Below are positions 1-9,686 of a stretch of DNA of 64,000 bases, in pieces. Every line of letters starts with the position of its first letter. Within the stretch, counting starts at the first letter, position 1. A program made the position numbers and the translations under genes. The stretch covers positions 34,240 through 98,239 of the forward strand of contig QWRJ01000002.1 in assembly GCA_003670475.1 (NCBI GenBank), in the 5' to 3' direction. The notes under the pieces are model-generated. The model saw only the letters and a program-made list of their open reading frames with translations. It had not been told where the DNA came from and made no database searches. Origin of the DNA: Candidatus Limnocylindrus sp. ZSMar2m-chloro-G89 (GTDB lineage Bacteria; Chloroflexota; Limnocylindria; Limnocylindrales; Limnocylindraceae).

Positions 1-1
1 G

Positions 2-481
2 GCGCGGCCTGAGCTTTCAGACTTCGCCCCGCGAATCACCACCATCAAGATCAACCCTGAGAAGATCCGCGACATCATCGGCAAGGGCGGAGCAGTGATC
101 CGCAAGTTGCAGGATGACTTCCAGGTCAATATCAACGTCGAAGATGACGGAACCGTGCAGATCGCGTCAAGCGATCCTGAGCGCACCAAGCGTGCACTCG
201 ATGCCATCAACGGCATCACCAAGGAGGTCGAGGTCGGCACGTTGTATATGGGTAAAGTGACCCGCATCATGGGCTTCGGCTGCTTCGTTGAGATCCTTCC
301 GGGCAAAGAGGGACTCGTCCGAATCAGTGAGCTCGCCGATTACCGTGTCAATACGGTTGAGGATGAGGTTGCCGTTGGTGACGAGATCATGGTGGTCGTC
401 CTTGAGGTTGATCGCCAAGGGCGCGTCAACCTTTCGCGCCGAGCGGCAATGCAGCGCCATAAGGCCGCCCCAAAGGAGTAA
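2..481 (+). CDS. pnp: Polynucleotide phosphorylase (PNPase), C-terminal KH+S1 domains; 5' end truncated by window edge
   Basis: Translation ...[22 protein letters not shown]...[28 protein letters not shown] matches PNPase KH/S1 C-terminus; reading frame is open from nt 2. Confidence 0.85.
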   Translation, partial: ARPELSDFAPRITTIKINPEKIRDIIGKGGAVIRKLQDDFQVNINVEDDGTVQIASSDPERTKRALDAINGITKEVEVGTLYMGKVTRIMGFGCFVEILPGKEGLVRISELADYRVNTVEDEVAVGDEIMVVVLEVDRQGRVNLSRRAAMQRHKAAPKE

Positions 482-511
482 CCCCTGAGGCGTCTAAACC
501 TGAGCAGTTAT

Positions 512-549
512 GAGCGACCCGTCGACAGTTCGGCGGGTCGCTCGTTTAT
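512..549 (+). terminator. Rho-independent terminator after pnp
   Basis: 10-bp GC-rich perfect stem GAGCGACCCG/CGGGTCGCTC followed by GTTTATA. Confidence 0.5.
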
Positions 550-558
550 ACTCGCCGT

Positions 559-1626
559 ATGAGTAACCCAGCGAGCGAGCAGACGAAGAGCACGGCGGAC
601 GGCTACGTCGTCGCCGTCGTAGGCGCAACGGGCCTTGTCGGCCGAACGATGATCAGCGTTCTGGAGGAGCGCAACTTCCCTGTGCGCAGGCTTGTCCCAC
701 TCGCCGCCTCTGCCGCTGGCCGCAGCGTCACCTTCCGCGGCGAACAGGTCGCCGTAGCCGAAGCAACGCCTGACGCCTTCCGTGGCGTTGACATTGCGCT
801 CTTTAGCGCCGGGGCTGATGTGAGTCTGCTCCTCGCACCGGAGGCTGCGGCGCGAGGCTGCGCCGTGGTGGATAACTCAAGCGCTTGGCGGATGGATCCA
901 AGCGTGCCGCTTGTCGTCTCCCAGGTGAATGCTGAAACGCTCAAAGAGCATCGCGGGATCATCGCGAATCCGAACTGCTCCACGATGCAGCTCGCACCGC
1001 TTCTGCAGGCGCTCCACGCAGAGGCCGGGCTTCGACGCGTGGTTGTTGCCACGTATCAAGCAGTCTCAGGTGCTGGCGCGGAGTCAGTGAACGATCTGAT
1101 CCAGCAACGAGCGGCCGTTGTGGCGGGGGAGAAGCCTGTCTCGACGATCTATCCACACCCAGTGATCCTCAGCCCAATCCCCGCGATTGACGTCTTCCTT
1201 GAAGACGGATCGACGAAAGAGGAGGAGAAGGTGGTGCGCGAGAGCCGCAAGATCTTGGGCCTGCCAAATCTGCGTATTAGCGCAACCGCTGTGCGCATTC
1301 CAGTGGAGGTGAGTCACTCCGAAGCTGTACACGTAGAGTTAGACCGAGCGATCTCACCTGTCCGTGCACGGACAGTCTTTGCACAGACAGATGGTGTCTT
1401 TGTACAGGATGATCCGTCAACGCATACATACCCACTTGCTGAAACTTCCACCGGTAGTGATGGAATCTTTGTCGGCCGCATCCGTGTTGATGCAAGCGTT
1501 GACCACGGGATTGCCTTCTGGGTGGTGAGTGACAACGTGCGCAAGGGGGCAGCAACGAACGCGGTGCAGATCGCTGAACTGCTCGTGCGGGATCAACTCC
1601 TTTGGGGAAGCGCACCGCGTGCCTGA
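559..1626 (+). CDS. asd: Aspartate-semialdehyde dehydrogenase
   Basis: VAVVGATGLVGR NAD(P)-binding N-terminus and ANPNCSTMQL active-site Cys motif. Confidence 0.9.
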   Translation: MSNPASEQTKSTADGYVVAVVGATGLVGRTMISVLEERNFPVRRLVPLAASAAGRSVTFRGEQVAVAEATPDAFRGVDIALFSAGADVSLLLAPEAAARGCAVVDNSSAWRMDPSVPLVVSQVNAETLKEHRGIIANPNCSTMQLAPLLQALHAEAGLRRVVVATYQAVSGAGAESVNDLIQQRAAVVAGEKPVSTIYPHPVILSPIPAIDVFLEDGSTKEEEKVVRESRKILGLPNLRISATAVRIPVEVSHSEAVHVELDRAISPVRARTVFAQTDGVFVQDDPSTHTYPLAETSTGSDGIFVGRIRVDASVDHGIAFWVVSDNVRKGAATNAVQIAELLVRDQLLWGSAPRA

Positions 1627-2308
1627 CGAGCGAGCTGCGGCGCTCGCCGCGCTTGCCGTAGAGATCGAGGCCTGTCGCGCCTGCCCACTCGGGAGTCAGC
1701 GAACGCAGAGTGTGCCAGGCGAGGGGAGCCCACACGCAGAGCTCCTGCTTGTCGGTGAGGCACCAGGGGCGCATGAAGATGCCGCCGGACGCCCCTTTGT
1801 CGGCGCCGCTGGCAAACTGCTCGACCTCCTCTTGAACCTGATCGGCCTCCAGAGACCGCAGGTCTATATCCTCAATGTCGTCAAGTGTCGCCCCCCAGAG
1901 AACCGTGACCCAGGGCCCACGGAGATCGCCGCCTGCTCAGGGTTCCTCGAGCGTCAGCTCGCCCTCCTGCAGCCGGTCATCATCGCGCCGCTCGGGCGGC
2001 ACGCGCTCCGCGCATTCGCCCCAGAGGCGAAGATCTCGGAGGCCCACGGCGCTCCGTTCCAGGGGGAGACGAGGCAGACGCCGGTGGGGACAACGCTCTT
2101 TCCGCTCTATCACCCGGCGGCGGCACTCCACAACGGGGCGCTCCGCCCAACCCTCGAGCGGGACATGGGAGCGCTCTCGCGTGCCCTCCCAGCAGCACGC
2201 TCAGCGTGGCGAGTTGCTCGCGGAGGGGCAGGGGAGGCTAGTCTGTCTGAGATAGAAGCGGCGGCGGAGCGAGATCAGCTTCGCCTCTTTGAAAGTGAGG
2301 CTCAGTGA
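1619..2308 (+). CDS. Uracil-DNA glycosylase, family 4
   Basis: ACRACPL...GEAPG...HPAAALH family-4 UDG motifs; GTG at 1619 overlaps the asd stop; ORF-track ATG at 1529 would overlap asd by about 100 nt. Confidence 0.75.
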   Translation: MPDERAAALAALAVEIEACRACPLGSQRTQSVPGEGSPHAELLLVGEAPGAHEDAAGRPFVGAAGKLLDLLLNLIGLQRPQVYILNVVKCRPPENRDPGPTEIAACSGFLERQLALLQPVIIAPLGRHALRAFAPEAKISEAHGAPFQGETRQTPVGTTLFPLYHPAAALHNGALRPTLERDMGALSRALPAARSAWRVARGGAGEASLSEIEAAAERDQLRLFESEAQ

Positions 2309-4116
2309 ATCAACGGAGTCAGCGTCCACCTGCACGCTCGCAGGGTCAGGCTCAGGGCGGAGGGCGGAGCCAAGGGCGGCCGCAGCCTCGTGCTGCAGCA
2401 CCCGCGCGTCCCACAGGGCAGCGCGCGGCAGTCGGTCGACGTCCCGATCGAGCGGCTCCGAGTGGACCGCCGCTCCGCCTGATTCCGCTCGGCGGGATGG
2501 GTGAGATCGGAAAGAACCTCTACCTCTACGAGTATCAAGAGACGATCATCCTGGTCGACTGCGGACTCGCCTTCCCGGATGAGACCACGCTCGGCGTAGA
2601 CATCATCATTCCCGATATCACGTATCTCCGCGAACGGAAGAGCGCGGTCAAGGCGGTCCTGATCACACACGGACACGAGGATCACGTTGGTGCGTTGCCG
2701 CACATCCTGCCGGAACTCCCTGGCGTCCCTGTCTATGCGAGCACCCTCGCGCGCGGACTCTTGGCCAACAAGCTGAAGGAGTACAAGGTCACGGCGAATC
2801 CGCTGCGACCACTCGACCCTGGCGACCAGATTGAGATTGGGCCGTTCATGATTGAGCCTTTCCGCGTCGGACACTCCATCCCGGATGCGATGGGCTATGC
2901 GATCCACACGCCAGTCGGCACCGTGGTGCACACGGGCGACTTTAAGTTTGACCAGACGCCAGCGGATGGGAAGGCGGCCGACTTTGCGATCCTTGCCCGC
3001 CTCGGCGCGCAGGGGGTCCTTGCGCTCGTCTCCGACAGCACGCGCGCAGAGGCACCCGGATATACGCCGAGCGAGCAGGTGGTAGGGCAGGCCTTCCGCT
3101 CCATCATCAGCGACGCACCTGGGCGCGTGATCGTTGCCACCTTCGCATCAAACATCGCGCGCATTCAGCAGGTGCTTGATGCGGCGGGGGAGTTCCACCG
3201 CAAGGTAGCGGTTGTCGGTCGCTCAATGGAGCAGAACGTTAAAATTGCACGCGACCTCGGCTATCTCACCTTCCCAACGCCGCTGATCGCCAAAGAGGAG
3301 ATCGGGCGACGGAGCAAGGAGCCGCTCGTGATTGCTACGACTGGCGCGCAGGGTGAGCCAATGGCGGGCCTTGCGAAGATGGCGAACGGCGAGCACCGCA
3401 ACGTAGAGATTCAGAACGGCGACACCGTGATCGTCTCGGCGTCGCCAATCCCGGGGAACGAGGAGGCGGTTGGTCGCACGATTGACAACCTCTTCAAGTC
3501 TGGTGCAAACGTGATCTACCACTCCATCGCACAGGTCCACGTCTCCGGGCACGCGTCGCAAGAGGAGCTCAAGATGATGCTCGCGCTGACCAAGCCAAAG
3601 CACTTTGTTCCGATGCACGGCGAGATGCGCATGCAGGTTGCGCACGGTCGCCTCGCAACGCAGATGGGAGTGAGCCCGTCAAACATCTTCATCGCTGATA
3701 ACGGGACGCCGATTGAATTCTATGCCGATGGGAGCGCGCGCCGCGCCACGCCAGTAGCCCACGGTGCGGTTTTCGTTGATGGCTCGTCAGTCGGAGAGAT
3801 CAGCGAGATCGTCTTGCGCGATCGTCGCACCCTTGCAGATGACGGCATCGTGGTGATCTTCGCAACAGTGGATGCACAGTCAGGGAAGCCGATCGGTCGC
3901 CCAGTCCTTGTCACGCGTGGCTTCTTGAACGGCGATGAAGATAACAAGCTGGTTGAGGCGACGATCGATATTGCACTGAAGTCAATCCAGCACAAGGGTG
4001 ACCGGAGCGCGGAGACTGGCCTGATCAAGGCGCAGCTGAGCGAGTCCGTCTCGCGCTTCTTGAATCGTGAGACAAGGCGGCGACCACTCGTCGTACCGGT
4101 TGTCGTAGAGATCTAA
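2305..4116 (+). CDS. rnj: Ribonuclease J with about 55-aa Arg/Gly/Gln/Pro-rich N-terminal extension
   Basis: IPLGGMGEIGKN...HGHEDHVGALP metallo-beta-lactamase/beta-CASP RNase J core; GTG start overlaps the UDG stop (GTGA). Confidence 0.9.
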   Translation: MNQRSQRPPARSQGQAQGGGRSQGRPQPRAAAPARPTGQRAAVGRRPDRAAPSGPPLRLIPLGGMGEIGKNLYLYEYQETIILVDCGLAFPDETTLGVDIIIPDITYLRERKSAVKAVLITHGHEDHVGALPHILPELPGVPVYASTLARGLLANKLKEYKVTANPLRPLDPGDQIEIGPFMIEPFRVGHSIPDAMGYAIHTPVGTVVHTGDFKFDQTPADGKAADFAILARLGAQGVLALVSDSTRAEAPGYTPSEQVVGQAFRSIISDAPGRVIVATFASNIARIQQVLDAAGEFHRKVAVVGRSMEQNVKIARDLGYLTFPTPLIAKEEIGRRSKEPLVIATTGAQGEPMAGLAKMANGEHRNVEIQNGDTVIVSASPIPGNEEAVGRTIDNLFKSGANVIYHSIAQVHVSGHASQEELKMMLALTKPKHFVPMHGEMRMQVAHGRLATQMGVSPSNIFIADNGTPIEFYADGSARRATPVAHGAVFVDGSSVGEISEIVLRDRRTLADDGIVVIFATVDAQSGKPIGRPVLVTRGFLNGDEDNKLVEATIDIALKSIQHKGDRSAETGLIKAQLSESVSRFLNRETRRRPLVVPVVVEI

Positions 4117-4117
4117 C

Positions 4118-6382
4118 GTGGCACGACGAAGTCGTACCCCCCGAGGCCGTGACGGTAGCGGCTCACCCATCGTGAGTGGTGCTGCTGCGCGTACGCTAGT
4201 CTTCCTGCTCTTCGCCGTGACTGGCGTTGTGCTCGCGGTTGGCTTGATCCTTCCGGGACGTGGCCTCCTTGCTGATGCGCTGCGCGACGTCCTCGCCCCC
4301 TGGTTCGGTGCGGGCCGCTGGCTCCTCCCACCAGCACTGATCACGTTCGGCGTCTGGTTTGAGCGGCGAGCAGAGAAGAGCAGGGCCTCGATCCTCCACG
4401 CCGTCCTTGCGATCGCCGCGCTCCCAGCACTCCTCGCAATCATCGAAATCATCTTGCCTGAGCGCGGCGGCCTGATCGGATCAATCGCGGGGAACGGCGT
4501 AGCGAGCCTACTGACACCGATCGGCGCACTTGCAGCGTGGCTCGCCGTCCTTACCGGCATCGGACTGGTGCTGGCAGAGGGACCGGTGCGCAGAGCCTTT
4601 GCCGCACTCTTCGGCGGAGCGAAGGCTGGCGCAATCGCAAGTGCCGAGGCGATCGCGCGCGGCGTAGAGGAGCTCGCTGAGCGACGAGATCAGGCGCAGC
4701 GCGAACGCGAAGCACGCGCTGCGGAAGCTCCTGATGCTGAAGATGCGGCTGGCCAAATAGAGGAGCGTGCTGCACTAGCAACTGATGAACCGGTCAGTAC
4801 CCCGCTACGTGCTCCAGATGCTGCCGCCGTTCCGCTCTCTGCGACCTTTGCGCCAGCACGAACGCCAGGGGCCTCTCTCCGCGATGGCGCATCAGTCAGA
4901 GGTGGCGGAGAGGCACGCGGCGAAGAAGGCGATCGAACGTATACGCTGCCAGACCTCTCCATCCTCGAATCGCGTGCCCCTGCACGATCTGGTGCAGGGA
5001 TGGATCACGATGCGAATAGCAAGATCATCGTCACGAAACTGGCGAGCTTCGGGATCCCAACGCAAGTGGTTGGGATTAACGCTGGCCCCGTCGTCACGCA
5101 GTACGAACTAGAACCGGATCCATCCGTACGCGTCAGCCGCATTGAGGCCGTCTCAGATGACCTGGCGATGGCCCTCTCTGCGCGTTCGATTCGCATCGAG
5201 GCACCAATTCCTGGTCGATCGGTTGTCGGCATTGAGATCCCAAACCGTGATAGCCACCTTGTTGGACTGAAGAGCATCTTTGAGGAGGTCGAATTCAAAG
5301 AGTCAACGGATAGCCTCGTCTTCGCCCTCGGCCGCGATGTTGCGGGCGCCGCACGAGCAACCGATCTTACAAAGATGCCGCACCTGCTCATTGCCGGTGC
5401 AACTGGCTCTGGGAAGAGCGTGATGGTGAATGCACTCATTGCGTCGCTGCTATTCCGTGCGCGACCGCAAGATCTCCGTCTCATCCTTGTTGATCCGAAG
5501 CGCGTTGAGCTCTCCGGATATAACGGCCTGCCGCACCTGCTCGTCCCGGTGATCACAGAATCCGAGAAAGCGGCCGCCGCACTGCGCTGGACGGTCTTCG
5601 AGATGGAGAACCGCTACCGCCTCTTCGCCGAAGCTGGCGCGCGAAACATCGCCGCATATAATGAGAGTCGCGAAGATGAGAACGATCGGCTGCCGTTCAT
5701 TGTGATCATCATTGATGAGCTCGCTGACCTGATGATGCAGGATGGTCGCACAACAGAAGAACCGATCGTCAGAATCGCGCAGAAGGCGCGTGCCACGGGC
5801 ATTCACATGGTCCTCGCTACTCAGCGTCCATCAGTGAATGTAGTGACAGGTCTGATCAAGGCGAACATCCCAAGTCGCATCGCCTTCTCTATGGCGAGCC
5901 AGATTGACTCGCGTACCGTGCTCGATGCGCCGGGCGCTGAAGATCTGATCGGCCGCGGTGACATGCTCTTCCAGCCGTCTGACGCCCCGAAGCCGATCCG
6001 ACTCCAGGGCGTCTTCGTCTCAGACAAAGAGATTGAGGCGGTCGTTTCGCACTGGCGGGCACAGGGACTCCCTGACTATCAGCTCGAGATCATTGAGTCT
6101 GCGCCGAATGCGGGCGGCGCGACCGCATCAACTGCGGACGGTGGTGACCGCGATCGACTCTTCGACGAGGCTGCCGCGGTGATCCAGGAGCACGACCGGG
6201 CATCCGCCTCGCTGCTGCAGCGTCGTCTTCGCATCGGCTATGCACGTGCGGCGCGCATCATTGATCAGTTGGAGGCGGCGGGCTACATCGGCGCGTTTGA
6301 CGGATCGAATGCGCGCACTGTGAACCGAGACGCGGGGGCAAACTCGTCAGCGGGGGGCGAACGAGATGACACTGGACAATGA
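4118..6382 (+). CDS. ftsK: DNA translocase FtsK/SpoIIIE
   Basis: N-terminal TM helices, Ala/Glu-rich linker, LIAGATGSGKS Walker A, C-terminal gamma domain. Confidence 0.9.
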   Translation: MARRSRTPRGRDGSGSPIVSGAAARTLVFLLFAVTGVVLAVGLILPGRGLLADALRDVLAPWFGAGRWLLPPALITFGVWFERRAEKSRASILHAVLAIAALPALLAIIEIILPERGGLIGSIAGNGVASLLTPIGALAAWLAVLTGIGLVLAEGPVRRAFAALFGGAKAGAIASAEAIARGVEELAERRDQAQREREARAAEAPDAEDAAGQIEERAALATDEPVSTPLRAPDAAAVPLSATFAPARTPGASLRDGASVRGGGEARGEEGDRTYTLPDLSILESRAPARSGAGMDHDANSKIIVTKLASFGIPTQVVGINAGPVVTQYELEPDPSVRVSRIEAVSDDLAMALSARSIRIEAPIPGRSVVGIEIPNRDSHLVGLKSIFEEVEFKESTDSLVFALGRDVAGAARATDLTKMPHLLIAGATGSGKSVMVNALIASLLFRARPQDLRLILVDPKRVELSGYNGLPHLLVPVITESEKAAAALRWTVFEMENRYRLFAEAGARNIAAYNESREDENDRLPFIVIIIDELADLMMQDGRTTEEPIVRIAQKARATGIHMVLATQRPSVNVVTGLIKANIPSRIAFSMASQIDSRTVLDAPGAEDLIGRGDMLFQPSDAPKPIRLQGVFVSDKEIEAVVSHWRAQGLPDYQLEIIESAPNAGGATASTADGGDRDRLFDEAAAVIQEHDRASASLLQRRLRIGYARAARIIDQLEAAGYIGAFDGSNARTVNRDAGANSSAGGERDDTGQ

Positions 6383-7646
6383 ACTGGCACAGGGTGGTGC
6401 GCCAGGCATAGGGGCGCGACTCCGCTCCGCACGCGAAGCCCGTGGCCTCAGCTACGAAGCGATAGCAGCGGAACTGCGCATCCGCGTTGTCATCCTTGCC
6501 GCGTTGGAGCGCGAAGATCACGCCGCTCTTCCAGAGCGCGTCTATCTCCTCGGCCACCTTCGCACCTATGCGCGCTACCTTGGACTCGATCCGGCAACCG
6601 TAGCGGCTGGATGGGCCGGTGAACCGAACGCAAAAGAAGAGGCGGGGGAGCGGGTCTGGGGGACGGAGAGACCTGCAACCATGATTGAGCGCGGCCTTCG
6701 CCAGTCGCTCCGCAACCTCCTCAGCCTTGGACTGGTCGGACTTGTTGTCCTTGGCGCGATTGGCTTCCTTGCGGCGCAGGCGATTCGCTTTGCCAGCCCA
6801 CCGGTGATCAGCGTCACCAGCCCAGCTGAAGAGGTGCTCTCGCTTGTGGCGGGAACACCCTCAACCGTTGTTCGGGGCACGGCGGGTGCGGGGACACAGA
6901 TCCTGATCCAGAACGCCGTGGGGGACTCTGTGACTACGCAGGCAGACGCCTCTGGGGTTTGGAGCATTGAGGTCCCTCTAAGCGGCGGACGGAATGAGTT
7001 CGATATCAGTGCCGCAGACCCTGCAACGGGCACCGCGAGTGGAGACCCATCACGCCGCGTCTTCATCGTGGCGCTCCCCAGCAACGACGCGCCAACGCTC
7101 GATGTGCTGAGCCCTACGGCGGGCCTACGGGTGAGCGGTGGGCCGATCCCAATCTCGTTGACGACCCTGCCAAACGCAGAGCTGCTCATTGTCGCGACGA
7201 GTGGTGGTGGCGAGGTGATGAACAGCTCGCTGACCGCTCAGCCTGACGGAAAGGTACAGGGTGACCTCCTCCTCCCAGCCGGTGCATGGCGCCTCACCCT
7301 CCAGGTACGCAGCCCAGGGGGGACGGTGAGTGAGGTGGTTCGTGATGTTGAGGTTGTTTTTGCGGGGGTGACGGTGACCCTCACTGGGAGCGATGGTGCG
7401 ACCTGGGTGCGCATCTGGATCGATGGCGTCGTTGACCCCGGCACTGGACCGAGCGGGATCACGCTTGCGAATGGTGCCACTCGCACCGTTCGCGGTGTGA
7501 GCATGGTGGAGGTTCGATTCGGCAACCCGCGCGGTGCACTGGTTGCACTCAACGGTCGTATGCTTGGCGAGCGAGGGACGGCTGGCGTCCCTGAGAGTTG
7601 GAGCTTCCGCGCTGATGGGCGCGTGCTCAGTTCAAACCGAAAGTAG
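6366..7646 (+). CDS. RodZ-like cytoskeletal protein: HTH + TM + Ig-like repeats + DUF4115
   Basis: N-terminal Xre-type HTH, single TM segment, C-terminal DUF4115-like segment (VTVTLTGSDGATWVRIWIDG...). Confidence 0.55.
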   Translation: MTLDNELAQGGAPGIGARLRSAREARGLSYEAIAAELRIRVVILAALEREDHAALPERVYLLGHLRTYARYLGLDPATVAAGWAGEPNAKEEAGERVWGTERPATMIERGLRQSLRNLLSLGLVGLVVLGAIGFLAAQAIRFASPPVISVTSPAEEVLSLVAGTPSTVVRGTAGAGTQILIQNAVGDSVTTQADASGVWSIEVPLSGGRNEFDISAADPATGTASGDPSRRVFIVALPSNDAPTLDVLSPTAGLRVSGGPIPISLTTLPNAELLIVATSGGGEVMNSSLTAQPDGKVQGDLLLPAGAWRLTLQVRSPGGTVSEVVRDVEVVFAGVTVTLTGSDGATWVRIWIDGVVDPGTGPSGITLANGATRTVRGVSMVEVRFGNPRGALVALNGRMLGERGTAGVPESWSFRADGRVLSSNRK

Positions 7647-7654
7647 GAGGTTGT

Positions 7655-8146
7655 ATGGCGACAGACAACTCGTTCGACGTGGTCTCCGATTTTGATCGCC
7701 AGGAGATGAAGAATGCCCTGGATCAGACCCGGCGGGAGATTGCCACGCGCTATGACTTCCGTGGCGCAACCGCCGAGATTGAGGAGGAGAAGGCTGAACT
7801 CATCATCCGTGTGGATGGCGAGCTCCGGCTGAAGGCGCTCCGTGACATCTTGGAGTCAAAGGCGGTGAAGCGCGGCATTGATCTGCGAACCTTCGGATGG
7901 GGGAAGCCGGAGGCGGCTGGAAGTGAGACGCTTCGGATTCACGTGAAACTTCGTAGCGGTCTCGATGACCCCACGGCGAAGAAGGTGGTGAAGGCGATCC
8001 GCGACACTTTCCCGAAGGTAAAGACACAGATTCAGGGCGAAACTGTCCGTGTGACCGGCAAGTCACGCGATGAGCTGCAGGCGGTGATGGACTCCCTTCG
8101 GAGTATGGAGTTGGACCGACCGCTGCAGTTTGAGAACTATCGCTGA
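7655..8146 (+). CDS. yajQ: YajQ/UPF0234 family nucleotide (c-di-GMP)-binding protein
   Basis: Full-length similarity to the YajQ family (MATDNSFDVVSDFDRQEMKNALDQ...); AGGAGG SD 7 nt upstream. Confidence 0.85.
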   Translation: MATDNSFDVVSDFDRQEMKNALDQTRREIATRYDFRGATAEIEEEKAELIIRVDGELRLKALRDILESKAVKRGIDLRTFGWGKPEAAGSETLRIHVKLRSGLDDPTAKKVVKAIRDTFPKVKTQIQGETVRVTGKSRDELQAVMDSLRSMELDRPLQFENYR

Positions 8147-8156
8147 GGCGAGGCGG

Positions 8157-9686
8157 GTGACACGCTCGATCAACGAGATCGGAGCTGGACTCGCCCCATC
8201 GCGTCCGGGGGCACCGCTCCTCCTCCCGCTCGCCCTCCATATCGTCGGCATCGGCGGCACTGCGGCGACGGGCGCCGCGCTCCACGCAGCGGCACTCGGT
8301 GTATCGGTCACCGGGTGCGACGGCCACCTGAGCCGCGAAACTGCCCTCCTGCTTGAGGCGGCGGGGGTGCAGGTGAGCGATGAGAGAGACCTCACTCCAG
8401 TGGGTCGCGCCACTCTTGTCGCCGTCTCAAAGGCGATCACGAGTACGCAGCCAGATCATCCGCAGCTCCACGCGGCACGGGCTGCTGGCGTCCCGATCGT
8501 CTCCCTGCAGCAGGTGATCGCGGACGCTGCCGCGAGCCGCGGCGCGCCACTCCTCGGCGTTGCGGGGACGCATGGGAAGACGACCTCCACCGGTTGGCTC
8601 CTCGCCGCGCTCCGCGCGTCAGGGCGCGACCTCTCCGCGTTCGTGGGCGGGCCGCTCCCAGCGGGGCAGGGGAGTCCAGCAGGCTCGCCAATCCACCTTG
8701 GAGCCGAGTCGGGCTTCATCGTGGAGGCGGACGAATACGGCGGGAACTTTGACCCCTACGCCGCAGACGCGGCCCTGATCCTCAACGTTGATTGGGATCA
8801 CCCCGACATCTTCGCCGACCGCGCCGCCGTCGTCGCCACGTTTGTCGCTTGGGGTGCGCCAGTCCTTGGACGCGGTGCGCTCGTGGTGAACGTTGCCGAT
8901 GCTGGCGGCGCAGAGGCGGCTGCCGCGCTTGAGCAGCACGACCAGGGGAGCCTCATTCGCTACGCCGTCCGTGCGCACGGACGCGCAGAGACAGTTGCGG
9001 ATGTGACTGCCGATCTTGAACTCGCCTCAACTGGAACGGTGCAGCTCAACAACCTGACGCTGAGCGAGCGGGGGGCTCGACTCGCCCCTGCGCTCGTTGA
9101 GCTGCAGGGGAAGGCGCTGAAGATTGGCCTCCTAGGCGCGCACAACGCGGCGAATGCGCTCGGTGTGGCAACTCTCGCCGCGACATCAGGAGGAACGGGG
9201 GCGGGGATTGCCGCAGCACTCGCCGGCTACCCAGGGGTGGGGCGGCGGATGGAGGTCCGCTATGACCAGAACGGTATCACCGTGCTCGACGACTACGGCC
9301 ACCACCCCACGGCGATTGATGCCACCATCTCCACGGTGCGCCTCCGCTACCCAGGGCGACCACTCATCCTCGCCATTGAACCGCTGACTTACCACCGCAC
9401 CGCGGCACTCCTCCCTGCGCTCGCGCGCTCATGCGCCGCCGCAGACCGGGTCGCGGTTGCCGACATCTTCGCCGTTCGCGATATGGACCTCACAATCACG
9501 AGCGCTGCGAAGCTCGCCGCCGCGATCAGCGCACTAGGGACGCAGGCGGAGGCCCCAGGCTCTGTTGAGGTCACCGCGGACGCCATCTACGCCGCACTTC
9601 CGGAGGGGGCGGTTGTCCTTGTGATGGGCGGAGGGCGCTCTACGGACCTGGCAACTCGACTCGCTGCGGCACTCGCCGCGCGCTAG
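8157..9686 (+). CDS. murC: Mur ligase, MurC-like (UDP-N-acetylmuramate--L-alanine ligase or Mpl)
   Basis: HIVGIGGTAATGAA N-terminus, GTHGKTTSTGWL P-loop, AHNAANALGV; GTG at 8157 with GAGGCGG SD preferred over ORF-track start 8130, which overlaps yajQ. Confidence 0.65.
   Translation: MTRSINEIGAGLAPSRPGAPLLLPLALHIVGIGGTAATGAALHAAALGVSVTGCDGHLSRETALLLEAAGVQVSDERDLTPVGRATLVAVSKAITSTQPDHPQLHAARAAGVPIVSLQQVIADAAASRGAPLLGVAGTHGKTTSTGWLLAALRASGRDLSAFVGGPLPAGQGSPAGSPIHLGAESGFIVEADEYGGNFDPYAADAALILNVDWDHPDIFADRAAVVATFVAWGAPVLGRGALVVNVADAGGAEAAAALEQHDQGSLIRYAVRAHGRAETVADVTADLELASTGTVQLNNLTLSERGARLAPALVELQGKALKIGLLGAHNAANALGVATLAATSGGTGAGIAAALAGYPGVGRRMEVRYDQNGITVLDDYGHHPTAIDATISTVRLRYPGRPLILAIEPLTYHRTAALLPALARSCAAADRVAVADIFAVRDMDLTITSAAKLAAAISALGTQAEAPGSVEVTADAIYAALPEGAVVLVMGGGRSTDLATRLAAALAAR

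Noticed and set aside
603-1774. Long ORFs antisense to asd (603..1052, 1277..1774), and many similar 60-320-aa antisense ORFs across the window (e.g. 11277..11945, 11893..12867, 14394..15053, 26914..28176, 45919..46416)
   Set aside because: They are Arg/Ala/Ser/Pro-rich with no domain signatures and lie opposite well-supported conserved genes; this is the expected artefact of about 70% GC (few stop codons on the reverse strand).
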